Source: Octopus bimaculoides
Taxonomy: Eukaryota
Reading direction: 5' to 3'
NCBI RefSeq assembly: GCF_001194135.2
Contig: NC_068982.1
Span: forward strand, 110,917,982 to 110,981,981
DNA: 64,000 nucleotides
Part shown: one piece after another, positions 11,520 to 23,560 of the stretch
Layout: each line of letters begins with the position of its first letter
Position numbering within the stretch: position 1 is the first letter of the stretch
The notes under the pieces: model-generated
Told to the model about the DNA's origin: nothing
Database searches by the model: none
The model's input: the letters and a program-made list of their open reading frames with translations, nothing else
Position numbers and translations under genes: made by a program

Positions 11520-12350
11520 ATTTTAGTATTTCGTATTTTTATTGTGAATTTTGTTTTTAGTGGCGTTGAAAAATGACTGTAGAATGTGTGTTAAATTGTG
11601 TTATTTTATTGGGTGGTGGCTTTACTGCGTATGTGGTGTGTAAGTCGTGTTATAGTATTGGAAGATGAATGTACAGGGTGAATTGTACTATTAATTGAAT
11701 TGAATATGTGTTGCGTTTAAAGTGCAACTATGTATTTAAGTGTTATATTTTAACCCATGTGTTAAATTGTGAACTCTGGCATGATTTGTTTTATGAGTCT
11801 GTTCCTATTTTTTCATATGGTGTCCCTAGCACGATTGATACTATTCTACTTTCGTACTTCACATATTGGTTATTTCCACTTTCATTTATTCTCCGATAGT
11901 TTTTCGACTTCTCGTACATCATTTTCGTTTTAGGTGTTCGCAATGTTTATCAAGATATTCATATTTTCATTCATGTCTTTGATGATAACCTCTACAATGT
12001 CGCTTTGATAGACTTGTCAGTCTGGATAGGTATGTTCTTGATTATCATCGTCATATTATTGTCACATTGTGGTGCATGCTCACACTACTTATTCATGTCG
12101 AAGTATTAGAATCTTGAATTTTGTACAATGCACATCACTACCAACTGGTCAAGTATGTGCAGCTAAAATATGACCATCCATCTGAAGTTTTAGGCCAGAG
12201 CTTTTGAGAAATGATAGATTTCACACTGGTTCACTTGCACTCGATCGAACCTTATCGGATATTGAGCAGGTTAAGATTTTGTCACTTTTTTCTTTCTTAT
12301 CTTTAGAAATTCGCTTTGAATTTCGTATCTTTATTCTTTTATTCTTCCTA
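11520..12350 (-). mobile_element. Decayed R4/Dong-clade LINE 3' fragment (zinc knuckle + RLE endonuclease + 3'UTR)
   Basis: Broken minus-strand motifs: LQMDGHILAAH (cf. TEGxILAAQDQ), Cys/His remnants, PD...IVEVIIKD, EKLSE, and a VLGT/IGT terminus. Confidence 0.65.
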
Positions 12351-12627
12351 TTGTTTTATCCTTATCTATAACATTTTCTTCAGTGCAATAAGCCTGTAGT
12401 TTGTACGATAGTGCTTCCTTATATAAAGCGAAAAGATTTCGTTTTCTTCAAATCTCCCTAATCAGTCTCCTGTTGATTGCTTCATTACATATATTATGTA
12501 TGTATGTATGTATGTATGCATGCATGCATACATACGTACATGCATGCATGCTTATATATATATANNNNNNNNNNNNNNNNNNNNNNNNNNNNNNNNNNNN
12601 NNNNNNNNNNNNNNNNNNNNGGGGCTT

Positions 12628-13020
12628 ATAGGCGCAGGCGTGGCTTGTGGTAAGAAGTTTGCTTGCCAACCATATGCTTCCGGCTTGGCCCCACTACGTG
12701 GCACCTTGGGAAAATTGTCTTCTACTATAGATTCGGGTCGACCAAACCGTCGTATATATATCTATATCAATATATATGTCTATGAGTGTGTGTGCCTTTG
12801 TTTCAGTGTTTGTCCCCCACTACCGCATGAGAACTACTGTCGGTGTGACTAACTCCCCGTAACTTAGCGGTTCTCTAAGAGAGGAACCGATAGAATAAGT
12901 ACCAGGCTTAAAAATTAAAAATAAGTACTGGGGTCAATCCATCCGACTAAAAATTCTTCAAGGCAGTGCCTCAGCATGGCCGCAGTCTAATGACTGAAAC
13001 TAGTAAAAGATAAAAGATAA
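12628..13020 (+). mobile_element. tRNA-derived SINE, family A subfamily
   Basis: Head ataggcgcaggcgtggcttgtggtaagaagtttgcttgccaacc, core ggcaccttgggaaaattgtcttctactatag, tail cagcatggccgcagtctaatgactgaaactagtaaaagataaaagataa. Confidence 0.88.
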
Positions 13021-13039
13021 TAAATATATATATATATAT

Positions 13040-13379
13040 TTTAAGTATATAATTATAAAAATATAATCATGATTGAGGGCGCTGGAAGGCCGACGCCAAT
13101 ACGCTACAAATATCTACAAAATATCTACAAGCCATTCTAAATTTGTTCTCTATTTTATTATAACTCAACGCTGAATGCAAGGGAATGGGCAAAATTTTAG
13201 GGTTATCCAAAATTTTCTAAATCTTCTTACCCATTCCTTCGCATTCAGTCTTGAGTTATAATAAAATAGAAAACAAATTTAGAGTGGTTTGTAGACATTT
13301 GACTTCTACTTCTAGTGTAGTGGCGTTGGCCTTCTAGCGCCCTTAATTATAATTATATTTTTATAGTTCTATACTTAAA
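13040..13379. mobile_element. Palindromic fold-back element / MITE (~340 bp)
   Basis: Left arm gagggcgctggaaggccgacgcc...tctaaatttgttctctattttattataactcaacgctgaatgcaagggaatggg pairs with right arm cccattccttcgcattcagtcttgagttataataaaatagaaaacaaatttagag...ggcgttggccttctagcgccct. Confidence 0.85.
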
Positions 13380-13499
13380 TATTAATTTTACCGATATGAT
13401 GGGCTTTTTTTATAGGCAAGCCACTAATATAATCATTTAATGATTACATCAGACAGCTAGAAACATTGTGATTGTCTCTGTCTTCCCTACCTTCAAATC

Positions 13500-14640
13500 G
13501 TCAGTATCTTCTGAAATTACATATTGTATTCTGCTTCGCTATTATATATATTTGGTAGTTTCTTGTGTGTTAACGCTTTGGTTTTGTGTTGCAAAGAAAA
13601 AAACCTGGCTTCAGCTTTGAGTTCCTATGCTACCCCAATTCTGGCTTTTTTTTTTTGTGATATTTGCTTTATTGTTTCTGCTGTTGTATGTTTTTCCTGT
13701 TTGTTGCGTAGAATATTTAGTATCTAATATTTTAGTGGGTGGTGATGTTTATTTTAGCATGTTTTTTGTTTTGTTACTTGCTGGCTATGGAGAAAAGAGC
13801 AGTGTCAAATGCCTTTGCAAGCTCTCTTTGGCTGGTGAGATTGATGTCCTAATGTGCCACGTAAGCTATTGCAAGGCGACATCCGAAGGAAAGACACGAA
13901 CAGAGTTTGGGATTCCAAAGAGCCGATGTTCTGAGGAGGAAAGACAAGGCCGAGTAGTTTGAGCAGAGCGCAATGGGGGTGGGAATTGAGCATAGAAAAA
14001 GGGAAATGAAAAAAGAAATGAAGAGTGTGTCAGGAATACCAGAGTAGAGGAGATACGAGATTAGAAAAATCCAAGGAACAGAAGCCATTATAATAGCGTT
14101 AGAAAAACAGAGAGAGGGGGGAGAGATAGAGGGAGAGAGTGGGGAGAGAGAAAGAGAGAAGACAGCACACTTGTGGGCCTGTGAGTGATTTTATACCAAT
14201 CAGAAGAGTGGCCTTTCTCTAGATAACGTCTAAGATGTCTGTGGGTGCAGCAGCAGCTGCAACAGTTGCAGCAGTAGCGGCAGCAGCATCCCAGCTGTAA
14301 CAGTAATGCTCAATTCTGGGTCTCATTGAAATTTTGTGGTGCATGAGTTGAGTTATATACGCTTTAATGTCAAATAGTTATAATGTGGAGTGTATTACAT
14401 TGTAAAGGTTGTGTTACGTTATTGGGTGACAGTTATGCGAGCTGTTGGTTGTGTGTGCAACGAGGTATCGTTGTCAGTTATGTAAGAGTATGTCTTGTGT
14501 TATATGTATATTTGTAGAGTTGATGATGTTTGAATTACGTTACTTTATTGGGAGATAAGTGTATAAGATATGAGATGTTTATGTTGAGCATAAAGAGTAT
14601 TGCGTGATTTCGGCTATTAAATAAAATGTGCCTTGAGTAG
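13500..14640 (-). other. Strand-skewed block, possibly a very decayed retroelement (Penelope-like?)
   Basis: A/C-rich on the minus strand, with an internal CCAAT+TATAAAA juxtaposition (~14185-14205) and a short CAG/GCA run. No diagnostic motif is securely recognisable. Confidence 0.2.
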
Positions 14641-14966
14641 GATGTCCGCTATGCCTCTATATTCGTACCAACAAGCAGCAAAACCTGGAAACTAAAGTAG
14701 CATGCAATGACGTTATCATAATAACACTGCTGTTGCTGTTGTTGTTGTCCATGACGATGATGATGATAATGATAATGATTTCTTTTGTTGACCACAAGAG
14801 CCAAGACATTGAAGACAAAACATACTGACGAAATACAATACATAAATAAGTGGGATTTACGATCAAAAGGAAGCCAAAGATAACTAAAGATATAACAAAA
14901 GATATTCAGATATAATTTCAACATGAATTTCAACAAGAAAAAACTTCTCAACAAGAAAAGCTTCTC

Positions 14967-15203
14967 CGGTGGCGAGCTGGCAGAGACGTTAGCGTGCCGG
15001 GCGAAATGTTTAGCGGTATTTCGTCTGCCGGTATTTCGTCGTTCTGAGCTCAAATTCCGCCGAGGTCGACTTTGCCTTTCATCCTTTCGAGGTCGATTAA
15101 ATAAGTACCAGGTACGCACTGGGGTCGATATAATCGACTTAATCCGTTTGTCTGTCCTTGTTTGTTCCCTCTGTGTGTAGTCCTTTGTGGGCAGTAAAGA
15201 AAT
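14967..15203 (+). mobile_element. Young SINE family B (Deu/Nin-domain type) with 14-bp target-site duplication
   Basis: Body ggtggcgagctggcagagacgttagc...gtcgactttgcctttcatcctttcgaggtcgattaaataagtaccag; TSD aagaaaagcttctc at 14953-14966 and 15204-15217. Confidence 0.92.
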
Positions 15204-17539
15204 AAGAAAAGCTTCTCAATAGTGGGGCAGCTCATCTAGAAAAATTCTGGAAGAAAAAGAAAACCCACAGAAAAAGCCTGGATTATTCTGCCATCTCCAA
15301 AGCACCAAAATGTATCTTCTCGTTTCCTTTTACTAAGAAAAATATTCAAGGCAAGCCTGTTCAATCTCACCTGGCTACTCCCATCCACCTTTCGATAACC
15401 ATCCACAGGCGATAAAACAGCATATCCTAATTATGCTATTATACTTAAATGGAGCCACAGTCCTATTTGTTCGTGCTACAAAACAAAGGCTAAATAAGTT
15501 ATTGTCATTCTGGAAGGCTTTCTCATTTCTTTTATAACTATTAAATTTTAGAAAGCAACAGCCTGCAACTAGATAAAAGAAATTATTTGCTAAGACCTTT
15601 TTTAGAATTATACACTTCACAACGTTATTTCTCAACCTTTTATTCTACCATTCCCTAGTTTGCCTTTGTTTTCCCCCATTTAATCATGAGCGACAGGCCT
15701 AAAACGTCCCCAGTTTAATCCCAGTATTTCGTTCTTGGATACTTATGAGGGAGCTCTGAGAATGCAAACCAACTCAGAAGTTCGCCTTCTCATCGGAGAT
15801 ATTTCTGCATACATTGATTAATGTCACCAATCTGTAAAGGGAGTTATTTAAAGTCCGTGGGCAATGACCGTTTCACTCTGACTAATGTATTGTAAATATT
15901 GCTTCCGAATTCCAAGGTGTGGTCGTTTATGTTTTTAGACAAACCAGTAAAATTAGTAGTAGTTTAAGCTTTCCCCAGAATTATTTCTAGTTATCTATTC
16001 CAAAATTATTTCCACAAGTAGACAACATGATACTTCGACGACAGCCACTTACTTCACTTAACAATTTCTAGTTGTTTATACCAAAAATATTTCCACAAGC
16101 CATGGACTTAATACTTCAAACAAAATGATCGAAAAAAATCTTGATAGGTTACAGTATTACTTTTCAGACTATGAAGATTTTCAATTTATCATCACATTTC
16201 ATTCGTTTCGAACATGATATTAAATTTATTGAACATATTTCTGATATATACAAGTTTAATCTGTTTAAATTCACTTATCTTTGCTGACATATCATCTCTG
16301 TAACTATAATATCTAATCTTACTGAGAATTTCATCACTGTTGAGATTTTACATCGAAGAAGTCTTCAACACATATACGAAATATTTCCAACGAAAGTCAA
16401 TATTAATTTGAGTTTACTTCGACTGATCCCTTCCATTAATAGGATTTTTAATTGTCTAATGCTAACAATACAAGCCAAACAAAAAAGTCAGGAACCTTTC
16501 TGGATCCTGGAGAATATTTCGAATGAAAACAATTGCTCGTGAAAAAAGAAATTTCCAATTGGTAATGGAATTGTAAAGGCTAAACGAAAATAAAAAGTAG
16601 AAGCAAAAGAATTCGGAAAAATAGGCATTTATAAAAGAAAGCAGGAAATTTGAGGATTCCAGGCTGGCGAAACATTCAATAGTCTCTTACTCATCACACA
16701 CACATATAGTAACATAAAAGCATTAACATGGGTACACACAATCAGGCACATCGGCATACAGAGTAATAATAATAATAATAACACTCTCACTAACCGACGC
16801 ATTAAGAGTAGTAAAAGTGAGCAACATAGCCAGAGCATGGGGAAAAAATGAAGCAGCCTAAAACTCGGATGGTGGCTTCAACAAAAAATACGGAATTTCA
16901 GAAAATATAAATTAGAAAGGAACAAACTTGAAAAAAGTCAATGAGTAAAAAGTAAATAGTGAGAACAAGAAAGAAATAAAAAAAAAATCGAAAAAAATTG
17001 TTATTACTATACAAACAGATAAAAAAAATTAGATTGCATTGACGAAAATATACTTGAGGAAGCTACAGGATGTAAATCGATAAGGCAAAAAGTTCAGTGC
17101 AAGAATTATATGACTTTGATAAAAAATGAACGAAAAAGCAGAAGTAGAAGAAAAACAAGGAAGAAAAGAAACATGATGGGAGACAGTAGAAGAAATTAAA
17201 TAAAAAATAAATGAATACGTAAATAAAAAAGAACAATAATAACAACAACAACGTAATATCAATCAGAAAAATTGCAATCAAATAACAAAGTTATAAACAT
17301 GGAAAACAATAACAATAAGTGACTTAGAACCACCCGTCAATTTTCTTTTTCTTACACATGGAAAATAATGTCACAAGAATTAAGAAATAGAGAAAGAGAG
17401 AGAAAGAGAGAGAGAGAGAGAGATAGAGAGGGAGGGAGAGAGAAGGTAAAAAATGGAGTCCAAAAGTGATTTTCCCGCCCATTTTTCTGCTTTCTTTTGC
17501 CATCAACCACCTTCCTCTTCTCGCTACTCAACCATATTG

Positions 17540-17603
17540 TTAATTCTCCAGAGGCAACCATTGTTGATCGAAACTGGAAACGATTATTTCGGTGATGGGT
17601 TGG
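17540..17603 (-). CDS. Candidate terminal coding exon of an unidentified gene (QPITEIIVSSFDQQWLPLEN*)
   Basis: Acceptor ttctttcattcattatactactcctgactcctcacatgcctgcag|. It is in frame after the 44-nt exon at 18980-19023 and is followed by a long U-rich UTR-like stretch (~16.2-17.5 kb). No homolog recognised. Confidence 0.35.
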
Positions 17604-18527
17604 CTGCAGGCATGTGAGGAGTCAGGAGTAGTATAATGAATGAAAGAAGAATAAAAAAAATAAACAATAAATCGTAAAAACTGTCGAAAGGGTAAGTTTT
17701 ATATATATATATATACATACATACATACATACATATATATATATATCTATATATATCTATATANNNNNNNNNNNNNNNNNNNNNNNNNNNNNNNNNNNNN
17801 NNNNNNNNNNNNNNNNNNNNNNNNNNNNNNNNNNNNNNNNNNNNNNNNNNNNNNNNNNNNNNNNNNNNNNNNNNNNNNNNNNNNNNNNNNNNNNNNNNNN
17901 NNNNNNNNNNNNNNNNNNNNNNNNNNNNNNNNNNTACATGTATATATACATACATGTATATATATATATACACACACATATACATAAGTACATACACACA
18001 TCACATACACATACATTAGATATACATATATATAGATGTTTGATTGCATGTATTTGTGTATATACTACATAAAAGAGATGGGGAGTGGAAATGAAAACTG
18101 GAGGAAACAGGAGATGGGAGGAAAGAAACGACCAAGTGTAAAAGGAAAGCAGAGAATCAAAGAAAAGAAAAAAGAAAGGCACAAAGAAGAGGGTTGGTTC
18201 ATGTGCGCAGGCGCGTCTAAATACAATGAAATATGTTTGTACAATAGGAACAATAAGATATTGCAGCCGAAACAAAATAAATAAATAAAAAGAGCAATAT
18301 AAAGAATTTTACTATTTTTTATGTGATCATTTCATCCGATTTTTCTCTTTTCGCTTCTAAGTTTTGTGAATTATCAACGCAGTTATAAAACGAGTGAGTG
18401 GTTGGTTATCTTTGTCTATTGAAACTTCCGTGAAGGTCACTGATCGGGAAGTATAACTTGATGAAATATTTATAGAAGGCATCACTTAATGAATTCTTTT
18501 GAAGTGACCCAATTAGCAAATGACAAA

Positions 18528-18549
18528 TTATGGGCGAAGGCAGAATTCG
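18528..18549 (-). CDS. Candidate alternative terminal exon (NEFCLRP* in one phase, NSAFAHNLSFANWVTSKEFIK* in another)
   Basis: Acceptor ttttttttttcacattctaccactgccccag| at 18550-18551. The phase is unresolved. Confidence 0.2.
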
Positions 18550-18897
18550 CTGGGGCAGTGGTAGAATGTGAAAAAAAAAAAACACGTCAGATAAAAAAAA
18601 GTAAAAAGTGGTTCTCAAAAAATAACAAAACAAAACAAAACAACAATCTTATATGATGTCAATGAACACAGAAGCGAAAACTAAAAAATAAAAACAAAAC
18701 AATGCCCTTATGCTTATATGTATTTACTTATTCACAGAAATGTACCCTTCAGGTTATGTTGAATGTATTTATCAATAACAACGTAAGAATTTAAAGTAAT
18801 CAAATTTACCAATGTATAAAGGGGGCCTGGCATTGAAAAAAAATATATATAAAAAGGAAATGATTGTTTTATGGCACAATTGCTGGAAGATAGATAA

Positions 18898-18898
<1 letters not shown>

Positions 18899-18961
<63 letters not shown>
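18899..18961. repeat. (AAT)n microsatellite
   Basis: Direct reading of the sequence. Confidence 0.97.
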
Positions 18962-18979
18962 GGATGCGAAAGTACTTAC

Positions 18980-19023
18980 TTTTCATCACAGTACCCTTGT
19001 GTGCAATTTGCAGCTTTGAACAC
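18980..19023 (-). CDS. Candidate 44-nt internal exon (VFKAANCTQGYCDE, or GVQSCKLHTRVL* in another phase)
   Basis: Acceptor ttttctctcaccgcttcttttcaccttcgcaaatattttag| and consensus donor |gtaagtac flank exactly 44 nt. Confidence 0.5.
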
Positions 19024-19765
19024 CTAAAATATTTGCGAAGGTGAAAAGAAGCGGTGAGAGAAAAACGTAACAGTATTTAATGTTAGAGGAGACTTTAGGT
19101 AATGAAAATCATTTTATGCTGAAGAAATTATTGTGAAAGGACTTGCTATAGAACTTTATAAGTGATAATTTCGCTCGCAACCATGTAATACTGTTTACAA
19201 ATCAAAGGTTCACTCATCTGGTAATGGTAAATCGACCAGACATTGATGACGTCTCATTTTACTACCACTCCAGTTCATTATACTGAGGTTAACGAATGGT
19301 ATTTCTATTAATCATGCACATCAATTAGAATTAGTACTATAGTAACTCCTTTTTATCGCGCACAAGGCTAAGCTGCACAGAGAAAAGATACAGCATACTG
19401 AATTGGACGCCATATATTACTGGTATAGATACTGTCGGAAGAATGAATTTCACAGGCGAATTAGGACAAGATTCCACTTAAGCATTAGTTAAACATTAAG
19501 AAAAGTGAATTAGTTCTTTGTAATGTACGGTACTAATGAACCAGCGGTAACTTGAAGCTACACTTAGTCTAGTACGCTACTATTTCGACCAAATTTCTGC
19601 CTTAGTTCACTAGAGACTTCATTAATTAAGCAAACATAAGTATTTGGAATCATACTGTCAAAACTTTCGTTGATTAAAGCTACTAAATTCCCGATAGTAA
19701 TCGGTGATTTGATTTGAAAAGAAAATATATAGGATTAAGAATACGTTGAGAAAATACCTACTCAC

Positions 19766-19848
19766 CTTAAGTTGAATTTACCAATATTAGCCATTTATCG
19801 AATAATGCGCATGATATCCGCATGAACAGAATTCAAACATAAAGTACT
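19766..19848 (-). other. Candidate 83-nt exon with stops in all three frames (poison or stop-containing exon)
   Basis: Acceptor ccctttacacatcacacacag|, donor AAG|gtgagtag. The longest frame is (E)YFMFEFCSCGYHAHYSING*. Confidence 0.4.
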
Positions 19849-20254
19849 CTGTGTGTGATGTGTAAAGGGTATAACGATATTTTGTCATTTTTGTTGTTTA
19901 CTTTGATCAGCTCTAAAAGTGCACACCTATGGTCGAAGGCGTTCCAGACTTCACAATTCAGTCATATCCTCTACCACAATAAATGCAATAACAGCAACAT
20001 AAATATGTGGACGAACCAGCGAAAGAGAGAGTATACTTGGTACATCGATCTATTAGAAATAACAATCTACCATCTTGAAAAAAATTACATATATGACAGT
20101 AATACACACACACACACACACCCATACTTATACATACGTACGTACATACATATATATTTACATACATGCATACATACATACATACATACACACACATACA
20201 TACACACATACATACATACATACATACATACATACAATGAGTATATTCCATACA

Positions 20255-21150
20255 CACTCAAAAGTGAGAGTAACAACATCGTCAGAGTTGCAGAGCTACT
20301 GCTCCGTCACTCCGAGAATACAACTGTCTCGTGCGAACCAAAGGAGGCCGGAACGGCCTACCTAAACAGAAGCTTGGAGGAGAAGTAGGCATCTAACCAA
20401 TAAAAAGCAATGCATGGGTACATCTCGTGTAAGCTTGAGGGCAACAGCAACATTGACAGAAAGAGTAGCCCCCTCCTGGATTTGCGATAGATATATTACA
20501 TTCCACCTAGAAGGATATGCATTTGCTATCCAGGAACAGGAAATAGCTACTAAATACCTGATAAACAAAAGGGACAAAGATGCCAAAAAACCTCCACGTT
20601 GTGATAAAAAATGTCGGCTATGCTATACCAGTGTAGAAGATATCACCCAAAATGTCTACGAGATACTACTTGCCCCTCAGGCATGATATAGTTGTAAGTA
20701 CTACCCTGGTGTATACCTCTAAGACATGTCAGTATCAGCAGGTATTCACACCTTTAAAAACAAGCAATGCTGGTGGAACACTCCAATAAAAACATCAATA
20801 CGGTGCAAACATAACAGACCAGAAATATTTTTATGGGGCAAGGAACAGATGTCTTGCGCTGTTGTAGAGATTAGCTGCCCGGCAGATGTAAATGTACAAT
20901 GAAACGTCCAGGAAAAATAATATTTATGGCGAATTAGTGCGGGATTTACAGCTCCTGTATCCTGACTATGAATTATCATTTGTACCTATCATCATAGGTG
21001 CATTAGGTTATGCACCAACAAACTTGCACATAAAATCTAAAAATACTTGGTTTCACTGAGAAAGAGCAAAAGAGACAGACGCGAATTTTCCAAGACTAAT
21101 TTATTAATGGCACAATGAAGATTTGTAAGACATACCAACAATTCTCCATC
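20255..21150 (+). mobile_element. Decayed R4/Dong-clade LINE 3' fragment
   Basis: MHGY...AIQEQEIATKY...KKCRLCYTSVEDITQ (zinc knuckle), WWNTPIKTSIRCKHNRPEIFLW, SCPADVNV, FVPIIIGALG (RLE domain). Confidence 0.8.
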
Positions 21151-21341
21151 TAAGATTCTTATATGAAAAGGTGCACACCACACCTGGGTGTATGCATCGA
21201 TAGTTCAACCGACACACCATCTTAACCACATATTTACAAACATCAAGAACTCTCTTAACTCAAGAAAGTCTTGTTGCTTTGTTAGCAACCGGCTTTAACT
21301 CTCTAATGAAGAACTTAAATTAAACTCAAAGAAAAATAATG

Positions 21342-21467
<126 letters not shown>

Positions 21468-21537
21468 TGCTTGTAAAGAAAGAGGGGTAATTATAATCGT
21501 AGCTGGCATATCGTTGATCATTTGTCTTTTCGATCAG

Positions 21538-21633
21538 CGCTGCTTTGGTGATAGACGACGATAACATTTGGTTTATTAATTTGGTCAAGAAGAACTGGCT
21601 GAGCTCATTATCATTGCAGTGTCTCAGACGCAG
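21538..21633 (+). other. Candidate 96-nt plus-strand exon
   Basis: Acceptor catttgtcttttcgatcag|, donor CAG|gtaagg. One frame is open (AALVIDDDNIWFINLVKKNWLSSLSLQCLRR). No homolog recognised. Confidence 0.25.
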
Positions 21634-23087
21634 GTAAGGCTGTTGTCGTTAACATTTGGTTTATAACTGTTGCAAATGAACGACTGAAGCAAAGCAATAT
21701 CGAAAACTCGCTAATAGTTTATTCTGCCACATGTTCTTCGCACTATATATTCATTGTGTACGATCTCAGAGCAGCTCTGCAATGCAGTACTTCTCCCACA
21801 TATACAGAGTATTATTCTTGACCTACGGCAAATTAGATCATTCCTGAATGATAAGCTTTATCTACTTTGTAATCTTTAAATTTACGGAAATTTAAAAAAA
21901 CAAAACAAGACAATCTTTATGTAGATAAGGAACAATGTATATAAAGTGAAAAATTTAAAACACAAAAAAAACCTTTGATAAGCAAACAAAACAGACAAGC
22001 AAAAAAAAAAGGAAACAAGTAAAATAACCAGGTATATATGAATATATGAATATTTTACCTGCAAACAGAGACAGGAATAAGATAAATAAGATAAAAATTG
22101 TCAGTTTTACATGTAACAAAAAGAAATACTTCATAAAAAAGCAAAATAAAAGATTTTCTGAAAATAAAAGTGAAAACATTCAACGTAGAATCAAGTGAAA
22201 AGCTAAACCTAACGCGATTATTTCGCTTAAGATATAGAGCTAGCTTGACATATAATCTGAATGCGTGCATTATATAAGTAATATCAGATTCGAAGCAAAA
22301 TGTATCTCGCTAAAACAATAGAATACTTTTCCGTAAATCCAAAGAAAATAGGGGAAAGAGGAGCTAAAAGAAAGAATGAAGCTTATGGCAAAGAAAGAAA
22401 GGAAGGAATGTACAAGTATGACGAAGTTATGATCAGAGTGGTTTTGAATACCTGGACGTTTCATACAATTATATGCATTATTAATTATTAATTTCAAACT
22501 TATTTGACTGATAATGTCTTTAAGCTAATTTGGTTACTGTTATTTGTTATGAATACCCAATTATATTTATGAAATTATTCTATGATTATGCTTAATAAAT
22601 AATATGTGAACGCAAATGTTCTGCGTGTGTAACACCTGCACATATTTACACCCCAACACGCAAACCGATCGACATTCGTAAAACATATGGGACCGATAGA
22701 CATTCATAAAAGTAGGCAGCTTGCACCTAGTTCATCTAAGCTCCATCTGTCATCGCTGAGATTGTACAAGTCGGCACATAGTCATTGCTATGTCTTTATG
22801 CTCCGTGAATTTGAAAAAATTTGGGAAGACTGGATCTAAAATGTTCTGCATAAAGAAAATGTTCTGCATAAAGAAAATATGAAATATTTACAAGTCACCT
22901 CTTTAGCCATCTTCATGTTTTTGTGATTATTCATCTCATCAACCGCTTTTGAACTAAGGACTGTATAGAAGCAGACAAATGAACTACTACACAAATCTAA
23001 CTTTCAGCTCTATGTTTTACTTATATGATCAACTATATCCTATCAATAGCGTATAAATAAACAATTCCTCACACTAAACATCTGTTT

Positions 23088-23296
23088 CAAAATTTTAGGA
23101 CAAGGCCAGCAATTTCAGAGAAGGGGCTAAGTCGATTATGTCGATCCAGAGCTCAATCAGTACTTCTTTTTTGTCGAATCAGCAAGGATGAAAGGTATAG
23201 TGGACCAGTTGGCATTTGAACCCAGAACGGAAAGACGGACGAAATGCCGCTTAGCATTTTGCTTGGCGTGCTAACGACTCAGCCAGCTCGCCGTCT
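23088..23296 (-). mobile_element. SINE family B
   Basis: Colinear with 53775-53973 (tttgaacccagaacggaaagacggacgaaatgccgcttagcattttgcttggcgtgctaacg). Confidence 0.85.
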
Positions 23297-23560
23297 TCCT
23301 CACACTAAATATTAACCAACTCAACAGTTGGTACGAAACCAATACAATTTTGTTGGTTAAATTGGAATATTATCTATACCATCCTTTTTTCTCAATACAA
23401 CCCTATAAACGTATAGTTTGGAAAAGTACTCTGAGTTTCACTCCATGCCCGGCTGTTTATACTGTCATAAACAGACTGATCTGAGAGGGAGTAGAGTGTC
23501 CTTTTAATATACTTTACAACTCTTACTTTACAATACCTATATACATACATGCATACATGT

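Noticed and set aside
13455-13515. CTGACGA motif near the end of the possible Penelope-like block
   Set aside because: It is followed by GAAG rather than GAAA, with no stem II, so it is not a ribozyme core.
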